In this document: one piece after another, positions 61,964-64,000 of the stretch | How positions within the stretch are numbered: position 1 is the stretch's first letter | Layout of the letters: every line of letters starts with the position of its first letter | Assembly: GCA_046570105.1 (NCBI GenBank) | Contig: JBKHVI010000007.1 | Coordinates: 14,006-78,005, forward strand | Direction of reading: 5' to 3' | Origin: Bacteriovoracia bacterium | Lineage (GTDB): Bacteria; Bdellovibrionota; Bacteriovoracia; Bacteriovoracales; Bacteriovoracaceae | DNA length: 64,000 bases | Position numbers and translations under genes: made by a program | Notes under the pieces: model-generated | What the model saw: the letters and a program-made list of their open reading frames with translations, nothing else | What the model was told of the DNA's origin: nothing | Databases searched by the model: none

Positions 61964-62310
61964 AGCGATTGAAGAATCTGCTTAAAAGAATCGCGTAACT
62001 TTTTTTCGTCAGTGATTTTTTGAGCCGCAACGATAAGAATATCGAGACCCTTCTCGTGCTTTTGTGGGCTCAGTCTAAATTCTTCTCTTAAGATTCGCTT
62101 AATTCTGTTCCGAACGACTGCTCCACCCTGCTTGGTTGAAACACTCAAGCCAAGACGAGAATGTGCGACACCAAGACGCGAAGTCTTGGTATAAGCAACG
62201 AGAGGAGGAACGAAGCTTTTTTTGCTTCGTTCTCTCAGATACTCGAAATCTCTTTTTTGCTGGATACGGTAAATCTTTGAGAAAGTTAAAGATTTACCCT
62301 GCGAAATCAC
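61960..62310 (-). CDS. rnpA: Ribonuclease P protein component
   Basis: [23 protein letters not shown]. Confidence 0.93.
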   Translation of the reverse strand: MISQGKSLTFSKIYRIQQKRDFEYLRERSKKSFVPPLVAYTKTSRLGVAHSRLGLSVSTKQGGAVVRNRIKRILREEFRLSPQKHEKGLDILIVAAQKITDEKKLRDSFKQILQSL

Positions 62311-62462
62311 TTCGTTCCAGTCGCTACTGTTAAGCGTTTACGGCCTTTAGCGCGACGACGATTGATCACATCGCGACCACCTTTCGTAGACATACGCTTA
62401 AGGAATCCGTGGTCACGGAGACGTTTTGTTTTCTTTGGCTGCCAAGTTCTAATTCTCTTCAT
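62307..62462 (-). CDS. rpmH: 50S ribosomal protein L34
   Basis: Manual translation: [51 protein letters not shown]. Confidence 0.96.
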   Translation of the reverse strand: MKRIRTWQPKKTKRLRDHGFLKRMSTKGGRDVINRRRAKGRKRLTVATGTK

Positions 62463-62611
62463 GGTATTCCTTCCAGGGCGAACAATTAAAGGTTTCTATG
62501 GGTACCGGAAATGCTTATTGCGGTCAATAATTTTTGTATTCTGTGACTCTCTGCGAGTAGGGAATTGTTTACGGGTTTAGTTGAAAATCGGCCAGCACAA
62601 TGTTACCTAAC

Positions 62612-62620
62612 CCATCCACA
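62612..62620 (+). promoter_or_regulatory. Possible DnaA box upstream of dnaA
   Basis: CCATCCACA, two mismatches to TTATCCACA, 19 nt before the dnaA start. Confidence 0.35.
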
Positions 62621-62639
62621 AAAATTTGACTGCGGACAC

Positions 62640-64000
62640 ATGACCCAAAAATTTCTATTTGATCAATTTTTGAAATGGGACGAGGAAAAAGAGCCGAAAG
62701 CGGGCTTCAACCTGTCTCAAACGCCTACGCCAAATGGTGTTTCGCAACGCGAAGCCAGTGTTCCACCTAAAAACGAAGCCGCAACCACTTCATCGGTAGA
62801 TACTGACGAATTACGACTATTAGGTCATGAATTGAAGGAATCTATACGTAATTACGTGAATCCAGGTCAATACTCAGCCTATTTCTCGGATACTTTTACT
62901 GTTTCAAACCTAGACGCACAGAGTATCGAGTTCACAGTCACAACTAACTTCATTAAAAAAGTTATTGAGAGCCAATATCTCACGATTGTTAAGAAAGCTG
63001 TCGTGGAAACTCTTGGACGCGAATATCAAATCGATTTTAAAACATTTGGTGTACGCACTACCAGCCTGAGCTCTAACGACGACAGCATTCTTAAGAGTTT
63101 CAAGTCACAAGAAGCGGGTAAAAAAACTGTTTCTGCACGTGATAATACTTTCGTCTTGCCTGATTTAATTCCAACACAACAAGACAAACAACAAACAATC
63201 GCCAGTCGAGCGATGGAACAATCTGAGTTGAAGCCCACTCACGGAATGATTGATCCAACGAAGAAATTCACAAATTTTGTGGTGGGTTCCTCAAATAATC
63301 TCGCCAATGCTTCGGCCCTAGCCGTCGCCCGTGAACCAGGCATGATTTATCCAAGTCTCTATTTATATGGAAACTCTGGCCTAGGTAAAACCCATCTTAT
63401 TCATGCAATTGCGAATCATATCCTCGAGCACCGTCCACATTTACGTGTATGCATCACTTCGTTCAATAATATGATGAATGAATATGTGGAAGCGACTCGC
63501 ACGAATAAACGTCCTGATTTTAGTAAACGCTATACTCAAGGTGTGGACGTTTTAATAATCGATGATATCCACGAACTTTCTGGAAAAACAGGCACTCAAG
63601 AAGAGTTTTTCCACATTTTCAATGATCTTAGCAGTCGTAAAAAACAGCTTATTTTCACATCAGATAAGACTCCGAAGGAAATTATCGGCATTGAAGAGCG
63701 CATTCGTACGCGCTTAGCCTCATCACTATCTGTGGAAATTCAACAACCAGATCTTGAAACGCGCATCGCCATTCTCAAAACCAAAGCGCAAGAGAAAGAC
63801 TTCTATCTTGATGATGAAATTCTTAACTTAATCGCCAAATGCGTAAAATCAAGCGTAAGAGAACTAGAAAGCTCGTTAGTTCAACTTAAAGGCTATTACG
63901 ACCTGACACATGTAGATATTGATCTTCAATTGGCCCGCGAATACTTGAAGCTAGATGAACAGATTGAGAGCCAAAAGCTAATCACTCCTGAATCCATTAC
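62640..64000 (+). CDS. dnaA: Chromosomal replication initiator DnaA (runs off the window end)
   Basis: Manual translation: F.NFVVGSSN, YPSLYLYGNSGLGKTHLIHAI, DVLIIDDI, TQEEFFHIFN, PDLETRIAILK, VRELE. Divergent from rpmH. Confidence 0.97.
   Translation, partial: MTQKFLFDQFLKWDEEKEPKAGFNLSQTPTPNGVSQREASVPPKNEAATTSSVDTDELRLLGHELKESIRNYVNPGQYSAYFSDTFTVSNLDAQSIEFTVTTNFIKKVIESQYLTIVKKAVVETLGREYQIDFKTFGVRTTSLSSNDDSILKSFKSQEAGKKTVSARDNTFVLPDLIPTQQDKQQTIASRAMEQSELKPTHGMIDPTKKFTNFVVGSSNNLANASALAVAREPGMIYPSLYLYGNSGLGKTHLIHAIANHILEHRPHLRVCITSFNNMMNEYVEATRTNKRPDFSKRYTQGVDVLIIDDIHELSGKTGTQEEFFHIFNDLSSRKKQLIFTSDKTPKEIIGIEERIRTRLASSLSVEIQQPDLETRIAILKTKAQEKDFYLDDEILNLIAKCVKSSVRELESSLVQLKGYYDLTHVDIDLQLAREYLKLDEQIESQKLITPESI

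Noticed and set aside
62463..62639. oriC in the rpmH-dnaA spacer
   Set aside because: Only one degenerate DnaA box is visible. In Bdellovibrio bacteriovorus oriC lies downstream of dnaA, which is beyond this window.

Overview
Origin-proximal core chromosome of a predatory Bdellovibrionota bacterium, most likely Bacteriovoracaceae. This assignment is inferred from gene order and protein content, not from a search. The right end carries dnaA (partial) divergent from rpmH-rnpA-yidD-yidC-mnmE-mnmG-rsmG-parA-parB-bactofilin and atpF'FHAGDC, with two perfect parS sites. The rest mixes housekeeping genes with many envelope and secreted proteins. Housekeeping genes include folK, acyl-CoA dehydrogenase/etfBA, mrp, tRNA-Gln-prs-pth-ychF, galU, priA, def-fmt-rpe-hutHUI, glpK, radA and ligA. 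Envelope and secreted proteins include a LysM lipoprotein, a lysyl-endopeptidase-like protease, two lytic transglycosylases, a patatin, four beta-barrels and a TadE-like pilin. No mobile element, prophage, rRNA or CRISPR array is visible. Four genes missing from the ORF track were read manually: an M48-like lipoprotein, an LptM-like lipoprotein, rpmH and dnaA. The most interesting signals are: (1) a secreted Cys-rich protein with a prion-like WGQQ tail behind a sigma28-like promoter; (2) a sigma54 promoter with an enhancer-like inverted repeat driving an orphan gene; (3) a recurring TANNNT-N5-7-ATG pattern suggesting frequent leaderless mRNAs; (4) two FlgT-like/beta-barrel fusions; (5) a parS site occupying the mnmG ribosome-binding region; (6) a DnaA-box cluster inside a hypothetical gene. 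All family assignments are by-eye motif recognition.
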